Origin: Salinispira sp.
GTDB taxonomy: Bacteria > Spirochaetota > Spirochaetia > DSM-27196 > Salinispiraceae
Assembly: GCA_965226555.1 (NCBI GenBank)
Contig: CBDDDG010000010.1
Location: forward strand, 352,001-416,000
Reading direction: 5' to 3'
DNA length: 64,000 nt
Part shown: positions 1-9,890 of the stretch, piece by piece
Layout: every line of letters begins with the position of its first letter
How positions within the stretch are numbered: the first letter of the stretch is position 1
The notes under the pieces: model-generated
The model's database searches: none
Seen by the model: the letters and a program-made list of their open reading frames with translations, nothing else
What the model was told of the DNA's origin: nothing
Translations under genes and position numbers: made by a program

Positions 1-171
<171 letters not shown>

Positions 172-172
172 C

Positions 173-1414
173 ATGCGAGTTGTCATTACGGGTATGGGCG
201 CGGTAAGCGCATTGGGTCATAGCGCGGATGAGTTTTGGGCTGCAATTCGTTCGGGAAAGAGCGGAGTCGGTCCCATCACGTCTTTCGATACAAGCGACTA
301 TACAACAAAGATTGCAGCTGAAGTAAAGAACATGGATCCGAGCGCATATCTTAATGGAAGCATTGCGAAAATTACCAGAAAATATGACCCCTTCACAATT
401 TTTACTCTTATAAGCGCAAAAGAGGCATGGAATCAGGCAGGTTTGGAAAACAGGGTTGATCCCACCCGCGTCGGATGCATACTCGGCGTAGGAATAGGCG
501 GACTCAGAACGGTTCATGAAAACGAATATACAATATATAACAGGGGGCCGCGGCGGGTTCATCCCTTGGCTGTTCCGAAGGCGATGGCAAACACCGCACC
601 CGCCAGTGTTGCCATTGAGCTGAACGCTCAGGGACCCTCATACACAATATCTACCGCCTGCGCCTCCAGCACCGATGCCTTGGGGCATTCCATGTGGGCA
701 ATTAGGAACGGTCTCTGCGATGTTGTTATTAGCGGCGGCGGTGAATCTCTCATATGCCCCCTGCCGATAGCCGCCTTTAATAGTCTCCATGCCCTCAGCA
801 GCAGGTGGAATGATCAGCCCGAGAAAGCAAGCAGACCCTTCGACCGCGATCGGGACGGCTTTGTTATGGGAGAGGGTTCGGGAGTTCTCATTCTCGAAAG
901 TCTGGAACATGCCCTGAAACGCGATGCCCGAATATACGGAGAAATTGTTGCCTACGGTTCCTCAACAGATGCCAACCACATTACCGCCCCTCATCCGGAA
1001 GGACGCGGCGCCATACAGGCAATACAGCATGCCCTCCAACAGGCAGATCTATCGCCTGAGTGTATTGATTATATTAATGCCCATGGAACATCCACGCCAA
1101 TTAATGATCCTATTGAAACATCTGCGGTAAAAAAAGTGTTTGGTGATCACGCGTATAATGTGAAAATTTCATCGAGCAAATCGATGACCGGACATTGCAT
1201 TGGGGCAGCGGGGGCGCTTGAAGCAATTGTTTGTACAATGGCAATACAGGATCAATTTTTTCCGCCAACAATAAATCAGGAAAACCCCGATCCTGCATGT
1301 GATCTTGATTATGTGCCGAATACGGGATATTCTGGTGAAATAAACTACGCGATGTCAAACAGTTTCGGCTTCGGCGGACACAATGCAATTGTTATTATAA
1401 AAAAATTCGTATAA
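173..1414 (+). CDS. fabF: Beta-ketoacyl-ACP synthase II
   Basis: RVVITGMG start, TACASS catalytic Cys, NAHGTST and KSMTGH His motifs, NSFGFGGHN end. Confidence 0.95.
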   Translation: MRVVITGMGAVSALGHSADEFWAAIRSGKSGVGPITSFDTSDYTTKIAAEVKNMDPSAYLNGSIAKITRKYDPFTIFTLISAKEAWNQAGLENRVDPTRVGCILGVGIGGLRTVHENEYTIYNRGPRRVHPLAVPKAMANTAPASVAIELNAQGPSYTISTACASSTDALGHSMWAIRNGLCDVVISGGGESLICPLPIAAFNSLHALSSRWNDQPEKASRPFDRDRDGFVMGEGSGVLILESLEHALKRDARIYGEIVAYGSSTDANHITAPHPEGRGAIQAIQHALQQADLSPECIDYINAHGTSTPINDPIETSAVKKVFGDHAYNVKISSSKSMTGHCIGAAGALEAIVCTMAIQDQFFPPTINQENPDPACDLDYVPNTGYSGEINYAMSNSFGFGGHNAIVIIKKFV

Positions 1415-1492
1415 TGCGTATAAAAAGAGAAACGTGTGCATTTTTGCGGAATGCGCAACTTTCGAATACAAAGTTTTGCATCGGAGGCTTCC

Positions 1493-2137
1493 ATGAACGT
1501 ATACAGACCCACTGTTATATGTGTTGTTTTATTATTTTTTGCCTGTATCAATATGTATGCGGGCGGCGGCGGCGAGGATCATTCACAGCATGATCATGAG
1601 GATCATTCACAGCATGATCATGGGGATCATTCACAGCATGATCATGCTGAATCCGTCTCCGAAACCAGTGACAGTAATACCATAAAGATTCTGGATGATG
1701 GATTTAAAGAAATAACTGTCAATACCTTTGTATTTCGCTGGAGAATTGTCGGGCAAAATATTGAATTTACCATGTCGGCGCCGACAACGGGATGGGTGGC
1801 AGTTGGTTTCAAACCAAGCTTTATGATGAAAGATGCCGATTTCATCCTTGCCTATGTCCGAAACGGTGAGGTTTTTGCCTCCGATGAGTTCGGCACGGCA
1901 GGCACAAATCATCAGGCAGATACCCGCCTCGGCGGTGAAGATAGTATTACCGTTCTCGGTGGAAGAGAAGTTGATGAAGTAACGACCATTCAGATCCGCC
2001 GTCCTCTCGAGAGTTCCGATCCCTATGATCAGACACTCATACCGGGAGAAACTCTCAAAATAATTTTTGCATGGAGCGCCGCCGATAATTTCACAAGCAT
2101 ACACCGGAATCGCGGCAGCTTTGTGATAGAATTGTAA
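1493..2137 (+). CDS. Exported DOMON-domain protein with His/Asp-rich N-terminal repeat
   Basis: GGAGG RBS before ATG 1493; signal peptide; (E/G)DHSQHDH x3; TTGWVAVGF...MKDAD and IIFAW...H motifs typical of DOMON. Confidence 0.75.
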   Translation: MNVYRPTVICVVLLFFACINMYAGGGGEDHSQHDHEDHSQHDHGDHSQHDHAESVSETSDSNTIKILDDGFKEITVNTFVFRWRIVGQNIEFTMSAPTTGWVAVGFKPSFMMKDADFILAYVRNGEVFASDEFGTAGTNHQADTRLGGEDSITVLGGREVDEVTTIQIRRPLESSDPYDQTLIPGETLKIIFAWSAADNFTSIHRNRGSFVIEL

Positions 2138-2139
2138 GT

Positions 2140-2595
2140 ATGAAAAGTAAGGACATATTAAAAAACGAACCGCTCCGTGCTTTCCTGCAAACATTCAAGG
2201 GAACGGCAGCCCTTCTCTTCCTGATCAGTATTGTTACCGCAATCATATCCCTTGTGACCCCTTCCCGGGTTATTATCGGGACGGTAGTCGATTTCGAAAC
2301 AATTCAAAATTCTATTCCCTTTGTTTCTGAAGACAGCGGATTAATGTATTATCCGATTATTCAATACGAAGAGAACTCGGTGTTTGAGGCGCACATTTCA
2401 CGGGTGCCATCGCGGGAGCGCTATGCTATTGGCGATCCGGTGGAACTTCGCATAACCGAAGGTGGGAGTGTGTATATTAATAGCGTATGGGGACGATGGG
2501 GACTTCCGATTGTCTTTGCCGGTATTTCGTTGATCTTTGCTGCCTGCGCGTTTGCGCTGGCTAACATCGGGAAGGGACGCACCGCCCGGACCTGA
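2140..2595 (+). CDS. Membrane protein, DUF3592-like
   Basis: Two TM segments flanking GTVVD...YYPIIQY...YAIGDPVEL. Confidence 0.55.
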   Translation: MKSKDILKNEPLRAFLQTFKGTAALLFLISIVTAIISLVTPSRVIIGTVVDFETIQNSIPFVSEDSGLMYYPIIQYEENSVFEAHISRVPSRERYAIGDPVELRITEGGSVYINSVWGRWGLPIVFAGISLIFAACAFALANIGKGRTART

Positions 2596-2639
2596 GATGA
2601 TCCGGTAAATTGAATCTGTTGAATCAGCTGATATATTGA

Positions 2640-3035
2640 TCAGCGTTTTGAGAACTGAAAGCGTCTTCGGGCGCCGCGTCGGCCGTACTTCTTCCGTTCG
2701 ACCATTCTATCATCGCGGGTTGTAAATTTATTTGCATGGAGCACCTTATAGTTTGACTCATCGCAGGCAGCAAGCGCGCGGGCAATTCCAAGTCGTATTG
2801 CGCCGGCCTGACCGCTTTTTCCACCGCCTTTTACCCGTACCACAATATTATAGTTACTGTCGGTTACATCAAGCGGCTGATTAATAATAAATCGGAGCTC
2901 TTCACTGACAAAATAGTCGTCAATTGCTTTGCCATTGACATGAATGGCATTATTTTTTCCTTCCCGAAGATATACACGGGCGACTGATGTTTTTCTTCTT
3001 CCTGTTCCAATTGCAAGATTAGTTTTATCTACCAC
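2640..3035 (-). CDS. rpsI: 30S ribosomal protein S9
   Basis: GTGRRKTSVARV, GGGKSGQAGAIRLGIARAL, ERKKYG...QFSKR. Confidence 0.98.
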   Translation of the reverse strand: MVDKTNLAIGTGRRKTSVARVYLREGKNNAIHVNGKAIDDYFVSEELRFIINQPLDVTDSNYNIVVRVKGGGKSGQAGAIRLGIARALAACDESNYKVLHANKFTTRDDRMVERKKYGRRGARRRFQFSKR

Positions 3036-3066
3036 TGCTATTTCCTTAATATCCTCGTTTCACCTG

Positions 3067-3495
3067 TCAGAATTCAAGCATGGTCGGGTTTTGCGACACA
3101 TGGGGATGTTCCGAACCGGCATACACCTTCAAATTCGTAAAAAGCTTTCTTCCAAGACGGTTCCGCGGAAGCATTCCTCGAACGGCCTTTTCCAATGGAT
3201 CGCAGGGTTTTTTTGCTAAAAGCTCGGAAAGCGTCCGTTCTTTGAGGCTCCCCAGATATCCACTGTGCCGGTAATATTTCTTATTTTCAAGCTTGTTTCC
3301 GGTTACAACAATTTTATCGGCATTGATCACAACAATGTAATCGCCGCATTCCTGATGCGGAGTATACCATGCTTTGTTTTTCCCGCGAAGCATATATGCA
3401 ACCTTTGAAGCAAGCCTTCCAAGAGTTTTGCCTTCGGCATCAATTACATACCAACTTCTCTCAAAATCAAGCGGTTTTACGAATATCGTCTTCAT
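3067..3495 (-). CDS. rplM: 50S ribosomal protein L13
   Basis: WYVIDAEGKTLGRLAS, YTPHQECGD, AVRGMLP; upstream of rpsI. Confidence 0.98.
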   Translation of the reverse strand: MKTIFVKPLDFERSWYVIDAEGKTLGRLASKVAYMLRGKNKAWYTPHQECGDYIVVINADKIVVTGNKLENKKYYRHSGYLGSLKERTLSELLAKKPCDPLEKAVRGMLPRNRLGRKLFTNLKVYAGSEHPHVSQNPTMLEF

Positions 3496-3734
3496 TTTTC
3501 GGCCTTATCCGCCGATTCTTTTTGCTCTTCCGCTTCTTCCCGTTTTGCTTCAATACGGTCTTTGATATCCGCAATACCAATAAACACGGAAATTAAACCG
3601 ATAAAAAGCGCACCTACCGGAATACCGCCCTGAAGAACAACAATAACCTGATCGAGCCAACTGAGCCACAAACCGGGCCAAACCGATACAACGGAAAATG
3701 TAATAAACACAATTCCTATAAGCAATGCTATCAT
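3492..3734 (-). CDS. Small two-TM hypothetical protein, translationally coupled to rplM
   Basis: GGAGG RBS, two hydrophobic helices, charged tail, ATGA overlap with rplM. Confidence 0.75.
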   Translation of the reverse strand: MIALLIGIVFITFSVVSVWPGLWLSWLDQVIVVLQGGIPVGALFIGLISVFIGIADIKDRIEAKREEAEEQKESADKAEK

Positions 3735-3833
3735 AAAACCTCCAATATGATTCTTATCATCTACATTACATCATTAACAGCATTAGTAAACGCCGCTACA
3801 AGGCATTACCATATCATATACTGTTTCAGAAAG

Positions 3834-4124
3834 TCAAGTTTTTCGCGCAATCATAATACATAATGCCAAAGTAAGAAAGACACTTGCTATGTTTTCCCCG
3901 ATCGCCCGAAGAATGATTCCTATTTCGGAAATATTGACATCGGTACGTATGATGCCGAATAACTCTAAGGATTCCAGCAGCACACGGACATAGTTCAGAA
4001 TAACAGCAATGATAATAAGAAACCAGACGGTATCTCGTGTTTTTGGCCAGAGAATAATGGCAGCCAAGGTGGAAATAACGCCGGTAATGAGCTGTATCAG
4101 CATGAGGATGACTGGATCGTTCAT
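3834..4124 (-). CDS. Hypothetical membrane protein (about 3 TM)
   Basis: GGAGGAG RBS, hydrophobic profile, overlaps stop of upstream gene. Confidence 0.7.
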   Translation of the reverse strand: MNDPVILMLIQLITGVISTLAAIILWPKTRDTVWFLIIIAVILNYVRVLLESLELFGIIRTDVNISEIGIILRAIGENIASVFLTLALCIMIARKT

Positions 4125-5056
4125 ATTTTTTCTCCTCCCAGTTTTTCGGGTGCCAGTTTTTCTGCCTGTTTTTCTGCCCGAGCAAAAAAGGACAGTAGTT
4201 GCCGCTCTTCACCATAGGAAGCGAGAGACGGTAAAATAATGAGCTGATCGGCAGTTTCCGGCAGCTTGAGTTCCCGATATTCTGCTCTCAGAGTTCCCCA
4301 GAACGTACCGGAAATATGATCTGCCGTATTTCTCATAATGTCCTTCACATACACATAGGGACCTGTTCTCTCCCAGATTGCGGATTTTTCGGGGAAAAAT
4401 CGTCTCCATTGTTCCTCGCGGAAATGATGACGGGTAATTCCAAGCGATTCACGATGTTTTTTCGGCTGATGTTCCATTTTCGCGACACTCCCAAATCTCC
4501 CATACTGCTGCGCCCGTTGCAGAAGATCTATTACATGATACATGCCATGGAGGAATATTGGAGAGCATAACGGAAAATTGCGCGGCTGAAAAGAGGCATC
4601 ATGCTTATAAAGTATCGCTTGGGGGGTAGTATAACCGGGTTGGGGTATAATGGGAATGATGATATCTGCTTCATCCGCATTTTGCCCGGAAAAGGGACGC
4701 CAGAGGGACATCTTTTTTCTTCCATTGCAATACATGGCAGTATAGTCAAACTGTGAGAAGGCTCGCTCATTGAATGAAAGGCCTATTTCCGCTTTCAGAA
4801 CCCTGAGCGCCTGTTCCCGATTGGGGAGAACCACGGCATGGAAACCCGGGAAATAGTCCCTAAGAAGCCGGACAACTCGGGCATGAATAGCTCCAGGGAG
4901 GGCAGTATGGAGTCCGCGGGATATTGTATTTTTATAGTTTGTGCTCAGTCCCCGAGGATTGTGTCCGAGAAGGCAGCGCCCGCCGTCCAGTTCCACATCA
5001 AGAACCCTGCCGCCGCCATGATACAAACGATAATTTCGAGCCCGTGTATAGTTCAT
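4121..5056 (-). CDS. Hypothetical protein; N-terminus resembles PLP-dependent aminotransferase fold
   Basis: RARNYRLY...VLDVELDGGRCLLGHNP resembles the class III aminotransferase N-terminal motif; catalytic Lys motif not recognised. Confidence 0.5.
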   Translation of the reverse strand: MNYTRARNYRLYHGGGRVLDVELDGGRCLLGHNPRGLSTNYKNTISRGLHTALPGAIHARVVRLLRDYFPGFHAVVLPNREQALRVLKAEIGLSFNERAFSQFDYTAMYCNGRKKMSLWRPFSGQNADEADIIIPIIPQPGYTTPQAILYKHDASFQPRNFPLCSPIFLHGMYHVIDLLQRAQQYGRFGSVAKMEHQPKKHRESLGITRHHFREEQWRRFFPEKSAIWERTGPYVYVKDIMRNTADHISGTFWGTLRAEYRELKLPETADQLIILPSLASYGEERQLLSFFARAEKQAEKLAPEKLGGEKI

Positions 5057-5086
5057 ATTGTGGTGAGTGTATCAGAAATTTTTGTA

Positions 5087-7237
5087 TCAGTCGCTGCTTA
5101 TTTTTTCAATTGGACTGTAGCGGGGAAGAAATTGACCCGTTCTTCCCGATTCAAAACGCACATGAATAATTTCATCGGTACCATTATAACTGCTCTTTAT
5201 AACCTCTCCCGATCCATAATCATCATGATACACGAGCTGCCCGGGAGAATATTCGCAGCCCGCATTCTTCTCGCCGACACTCATACCGCCCGTATTCTCA
5301 CTGACGGAAGCAGTTGTCCACTGTGACCAGGGATCATCCAAGCTCTGCTGAATATCGGGGGTATTGCCGAAGTATTCAATGAGTTCATCATCAATCTCAT
5401 TAATGAATATCGATGGCTCCAAAAATTTCATCCGCCCGTGAACCCGCCGGGAAGCGCAGCAGGTAATATGTAATTCGTTGCGGGCGCGGGTAATTGCCAC
5501 ATAAAACAAACGCCGCTCATCCTCAAGCTCCTCCGTATTTTTGTCGCGGGGAAAAATGCCGTCTTCAAGTCCGGTAATGATAACCCGGTCAAATTCCAGC
5601 CCCTTTGTATTATGCATTGTTATGAGGGTAACCTGAGCATCAATATCGTTCTGCTCGCGGGCGCCCTCAAGCTCCCACGATTCCAGAAATGCGCTCAAAC
5701 CGCTGCCGGTGGACATGTATATACTGGCGGCATTTATGAGTTCCTCCAGATTCTGAAGTCTGGCAGTTCCGGCAATTTCATCTCTCTCCATATAAAATTC
5801 CGGCAGACCGCTCTGTTCGAGCAATTTTTCAATAAAATTGCCGAGGTGCCCCTGTGTTTCCTCACATAAGGATTCAGCCCGCAGCATGAGTCTGGCAAAG
5901 GCGCTGAGTCCCAATGCCGATTTTCCAGATAGTATGGAGGCGGCGCGCTCCGATGCCTGAATGAAATTTCCGGATAGCGATGGGGCGTACGCGAGCACCT
6001 TTTCTATTGTTGCAGGGCCCACGCCTCGCGCGGGCTTGTTCACAATGCGGGTGAAGGAGACCTCGTCCTTGGGGTTTACCATGAGCTTCAGCAATGCAAT
6101 AGCATCCTTTACTTCTTCACGTTCATGGAAACGAAGGGTTCCGATAATTTTATAGGGAATTTCCTCCCGCAGAAAATGGGCTTCAAAGGGCCGACTCTGG
6201 GCATTGGTACGGAAAAGAATTGCAATTTCTCCGGGGGTAGTGTCGCGGATTATACGGGTTATGTAATCAATTTCGGCATTCTGGTTACTGAGACGGGCAA
6301 CAACGGGGAGGTTCCCCCCCTCCCGCCGTGTCCAGAGGTTCTTACCCAGCCGTTCGCGGTTCCTGCGGACAACATTGCCCGCAAGGCGGAGTATGGGGTT
6401 TGTGCTTCGGTAGTTCTCTTCCAGTTTTATAATGTCGGCATTTCCAAACTGCCGGGGAAAATCGAGAATGTTGCGTACTTCGGCTCCCCGGAAACGGTAA
6501 ATGGACTGATCATCATCGCCTACCACACATATGGAAGAATTTTTACCATAGAGTTCCCTGAGCAAATTGTACTGGGCCACATTTGAGTCCTGATACTCAT
6601 CAACAAAGATAACCGAGAAGCGTTCGCGAATACGTTCCGCAATAATCGGTTCATTTTGTAACAATTCAATGGGACGGAGGATGAGGTCGCCGAAATCAAC
6701 ATTACCAATGTCTCTGAGGCGTTTTTCATAGGTGTCGTATACTTCGGGAAGTTCGGGATCGCTGCTGATGAGGCTGAGTTCGCCGTTCGGCGCAATGCAG
6801 TTATCCTTTGCCCGGCTAATGAGCTGAGCCCACTTTCGTATATGATTGCGGGGCTGATCGGGATAGAGATGCGCAAGAAGCGCGATGCTGTCATCGTCAT
6901 CGTAGATGGTAAAGGTATCGCTCAGATCAAGGAGCCGACTATTCCGCCTGAGAAGCCATGCGCCAAAACTGTGAAATGTGCGGATAACAACTTTTTCAGC
7001 CGATGCGCTGAGTGATTCGGCGCGTTCCCGCATTTCCCGCGCCGCTTTATTGGTAAAGGTTACTGCCAATATGGAACGGGGATCCATATTCTGTTTTTCA
7101 ATAGACCATGCAATTTTGACCGTTATAACCCGGGTTTTACCGGAACCAGCACCAGCGAGAATGAGTAATGATCCATAGTTGTGAAGAACTGCTCTGCGCT
7201 GTTCTTCATTAAGTAGTTCAAGAACATCATCAATCAT
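5087..7237 (-). CDS. uvrD: ATP-dependent DNA helicase UvrD/PcrA family
   Basis: LAGAGSGKT, TFTNKAA, VDEYQD, GDDDQSIYRFRGA, LEENYRS, KGLEF, ERRLFYVAITRAR. Confidence 0.95.
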   Translation of the reverse strand: MIDDVLELLNEEQRRAVLHNYGSLLILAGAGSGKTRVITVKIAWSIEKQNMDPRSILAVTFTNKAAREMRERAESLSASAEKVVIRTFHSFGAWLLRRNSRLLDLSDTFTIYDDDDSIALLAHLYPDQPRNHIRKWAQLISRAKDNCIAPNGELSLISSDPELPEVYDTYEKRLRDIGNVDFGDLILRPIELLQNEPIIAERIRERFSVIFVDEYQDSNVAQYNLLRELYGKNSSICVVGDDDQSIYRFRGAEVRNILDFPRQFGNADIIKLEENYRSTNPILRLAGNVVRRNRERLGKNLWTRREGGNLPVVARLSNQNAEIDYITRIIRDTTPGEIAILFRTNAQSRPFEAHFLREEIPYKIIGTLRFHEREEVKDAIALLKLMVNPKDEVSFTRIVNKPARGVGPATIEKVLAYAPSLSGNFIQASERAASILSGKSALGLSAFARLMLRAESLCEETQGHLGNFIEKLLEQSGLPEFYMERDEIAGTARLQNLEELINAASIYMSTGSGLSAFLESWELEGAREQNDIDAQVTLITMHNTKGLEFDRVIITGLEDGIFPRDKNTEELEDERRLFYVAITRARNELHITCCASRRVHGRMKFLEPSIFINEIDDELIEYFGNTPDIQQSLDDPWSQWTTASVSENTGGMSVGEKNAGCEYSPGQLVYHDDYGSGEVIKSSYNGTDEIIHVRFESGRTGQFLPRYSPIEKISSD

Positions 7238-7293
7238 GAATATCGTCTGTGAGAAACCTTATAGAAACCTTATCTATGCAAAATTGTGTTATA

Positions 7294-7641
7294 TTATCCC
7301 GGCGGCCATTTCATTGAACGACCTCCGAGAATATGCGCATGAATATAATCAACGGTCTGACCGCCGTCGTTGCCGGTATTAAAAACCACCCGGTACCCAT
7401 GCTCAGCCAGTCCAAGATGTTCGGCAGTGTCTCGTATGCCCCTCATAAACGCAGACAACTGTTTTTCACTCCATGAATGAATGTTGTGTATATTTCGAAT
7501 TTTCTTACGCGGAATAACCAGCACATGCACCGGCGCCTTCGGATTAACATCGTGAAATGCCAGAAAATCCTCACCCTCCAGCACAATGTCGGCGGGAACT
7601 TCACCATCAAGAATTTTCTCAAATATTGTTCGATCTGACAT
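7294..7641 (-). CDS. Histidine triad (HIT) nucleotide-binding protein
   Basis: TIFEKI...P+APVHVLVIP...GGQTVDYIHAHILGG...WPPG; GGAGG RBS before ATG 7641. Confidence 0.92.
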   Translation of the reverse strand: MSDRTIFEKILDGEVPADIVLEGEDFLAFHDVNPKAPVHVLVIPRKKIRNIHNIHSWSEKQLSAFMRGIRDTAEHLGLAEHGYRVVFNTGNDGGQTVDYIHAHILGGRSMKWPPG

Positions 7642-7671
7642 ATGTCCTCCCAAAAATTTTTCGTTCAGAGA

Positions 7672-7708
7672 TTTTTGCTACTGAAAATTGTGCTCTGTAC
7701 AATTTCCC
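7672..7708 (+). repeat. Palindromic element P1 (degenerate)
   Basis: TTTTTGCTACTGAAAATTGTGCTCTGTACAATTTCC between rodZ and HIT. Confidence 0.6.
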
Positions 7709-7713
7709 ACTTA

Positions 7714-8760
7714 TCAATACAATGGCATAAGCTCAAGCACATTCCCGCTTTTCGCAATCTGATATGCTCCTACTGCTCCATCCCGTCCGAGCCGAAGATC
7801 CTGCCCGCTCACAGTGAAGGCAAGTTTACCGGCATTTGATACCCAGATATACAGATAATTTTCCACTTCAAGTTCGAGACGATCGCCGTTATTATAAAAC
7901 TGTTCTACCCGTTCACCATCTTCATTGAGATAACGGAAAAATACCGCTCCCCGAAAAATTGCCTCAATAAAAAATGTTCCCGGCTCGGAGAGGGTTATAA
8001 TTTCCTGCGCCGACTTTTTCCGGCTCAATTCACGGGTAATTCCCGGACGTATCGGACCTTCAGTCTCCACTGAATCCTGGGCAAAAATGCCGGCAATAAT
8101 TCTGTCCATTCTGAGCACCGGATTACCGTTATCCGACAGGGTTTTGTACACAACACGAAGATCTGATCTTAAATCATCATCAAGATCAACAAATTCCACA
8201 TCGTTCGGTTCAAGCTGAACGGAGCCCTCGTTAACATAGAGATTGAGGGGATCAGTAATTTCACGCAATTCTATTTCGTAGATCTGTTCATCCTGACTTA
8301 CCTGAATGCGGCTCCATGCAGTAAATTCCCGCTCAAGTATATCCGATGTAAATGTAATGGTTTGAAATGAAGGAAGTTCGGCAAGCGGAGCAGGTTTCGG
8401 CAGATTCAGGATAATTACTACCGTAATGGCAGTTACTATACACATCACTCCCATTATGCTAATCGCCATTACCCGGCGCCGCTGTGAACTCCGGTCCAAC
8501 AATTCAACAACCGGACTCTGCTGCTCCTGAATGGTAGTATTCTTGAACAGTTCCGCCATTTCATCTGCATTAATATCAAGATACTTGCTGTATTTCCGCA
8601 GAAAACCAAGAAGATAACTCTCTCCGGGGAATATATCAAAATATTCATTCTCCAGCGCTTCAATAAATCGCTGTGAAATATATGTTTCTCTGGCAGCCTG
8701 CTCGCGGCTCAGGTTTCTTTCCTGCCGGGCATGTATCAGTCTTTCTCCAATTGATTCCAC
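7714..8760 (-). CDS. rodZ: RodZ-like HTH membrane protein with DUF4115 C-terminus
   Basis: IGERLIHARQERNLS...FIEALENE...YLLGFLRKYSKYL HTH, one TM, SNAGKLAFTVSG; probable GTG start 8760. Confidence 0.8.
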   Translation of the reverse strand: MESIGERLIHARQERNLSREQAARETYISQRFIEALENEYFDIFPGESYLLGFLRKYSKYLDINADEMAELFKNTTIQEQQSPVVELLDRSSQRRRVMAISIMGVMCIVTAITVVIILNLPKPAPLAELPSFQTITFTSDILEREFTAWSRIQVSQDEQIYEIELREITDPLNLYVNEGSVQLEPNDVEFVDLDDDLRSDLRVVYKTLSDNGNPVLRMDRIIAGIFAQDSVETEGPIRPGITRELSRKKSAQEIITLSEPGTFFIEAIFRGAVFFRYLNEDGERVEQFYNNGDRLELEVENYLYIWVSNAGKLAFTVSGQDLRLGRDGAVGAYQIAKSGNVLELMPLY

Positions 8761-8761
8761 T

Positions 8762-9454
8762 TTACTCGCTCCCGTACAGAAAATTGTCAAAATTATTTGA
8801 TGATGGAGGTGAATCGTATTCGAATCGGGTATCGGGAATACCCTGATTAATCTGAAAACTGTTGAAGCTCACGACAATTCTCCGATAATCACTCGTAATA
8901 GCTGTCATCCGTCTGATAAATAAATCCTGACTTATATCCATTTCAATTTCCCGAAAACCCTGGGCGGTATTGCGCCAAGCGAGAAAAAGCTTGTACACAC
9001 GTATTGAGCTGTTTTCATCCGACATTGGCTGAAGTTCAGGAGTATCTTTGAATGCGATCTGATAATTGCGCCGCAAAAGCTGCAAGCCCCTTCCCGTTGC
9101 AAATCCGCCGGGGTTTTCCTGATCCTGGAGGCGCTGGATGAGGGTGACATTGTAATCGGGAATGTAGACCTGTATGATTTCCCCATCTGAAACTATTACC
9201 TGCTCCTCTGGAACGGTGAAATTAATTCTGAGGAGATTCGGATTTTTGTAATACACAACACCCGACATACTGTCATCGCCTATCTGAATAGTGATATCGG
9301 CAATGTAGTCCTGAATTCTGTTATAGTTTGATGCGACAGTGTCAAAAAAATCGATGCCGGTAACAATTTCCTGAGCATACAGGGGGGTAATGAGGAAAAG
9401 AAACAATGGAAGCACTGTTTTATATAGATGTCCGGTAAAATTACAATGGCGCAT
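8762..9454 (-). CDS. lolA: Outer-membrane lipoprotein carrier LolA family
   Basis: Signal peptide; GVVYYKNPNLLRINF..PEEQVIVSDG..YIP; NQGIPDTRFEY. Confidence 0.85.
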   Translation of the reverse strand: MRHCNFTGHLYKTVLPLFLFLITPLYAQEIVTGIDFFDTVASNYNRIQDYIADITIQIGDDSMSGVVYYKNPNLLRINFTVPEEQVIVSDGEIIQVYIPDYNVTLIQRLQDQENPGGFATGRGLQLLRRNYQIAFKDTPELQPMSDENSSIRVYKLFLAWRNTAQGFREIEMDISQDLFIRRMTAITSDYRRIVVSFNSFQINQGIPDTRFEYDSPPSSNNFDNFLYGSE

Positions 9455-9503
9455 ATCAGATCATACTATCTACTGAATGGGGGAATTGTCAACGTCCCAT
9501 TCG

Positions 9504-9806
9504 TTAAATATTGATAACCCCATCGCCTTTGTCGCGGGAAATACCATAAAGACGGCGAAGGTTGTCCTCATCCAGTTTCTCATTAAAATCTTCATGAAAC
9601 CGCATGGTCAATTCCTCAAAATCGACATGTTCCCCATTTTCGAGAGCATAGATGGCGGAAGCTGCCGCTGCTTTCAGCAGGCCCTGTTCGTAGAGTTGAA
9701 TGGTATTGAGTCTGCCGTATTTTGCCCGAAGCTTTTTATCGACAATGGCATTACTTCCCTTGTACCCTATAGTAAACACAAAATTTTCTCTCTGCATTAT
9801 GTACAC
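9504..9806 (-). CDS. Hypothetical protein
   Basis: 100-aa ORF co-oriented with the lolA operon, protein-like composition. Confidence 0.55.
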   Translation of the reverse strand: MYIMQRENFVFTIGYKGSNAIVDKKLRAKYGRLNTIQLYEQGLLKAAAASAIYALENGEHVDFEELTMRFHEDFNEKLDEDNLRRLYGISRDKGDGVINI

Positions 9807-9810
9807 CTTG

Positions 9811-9861
9811 AAAGTTTTGCATTGGAAAATTGTGCTTGCACAATTTCCAGTAGCAAAACTT
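9811..9861 (-). repeat. Palindromic element P2
   Basis: Reverse complement of AAGTTTTGCTACTGGAAATTGTGCAAGCACAATTTTCCAATGCAAAACTTT. Confidence 0.9.
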
Positions 9862-9890
9862 CTATAAAATAGTTACTGGGGGCTATGAAA

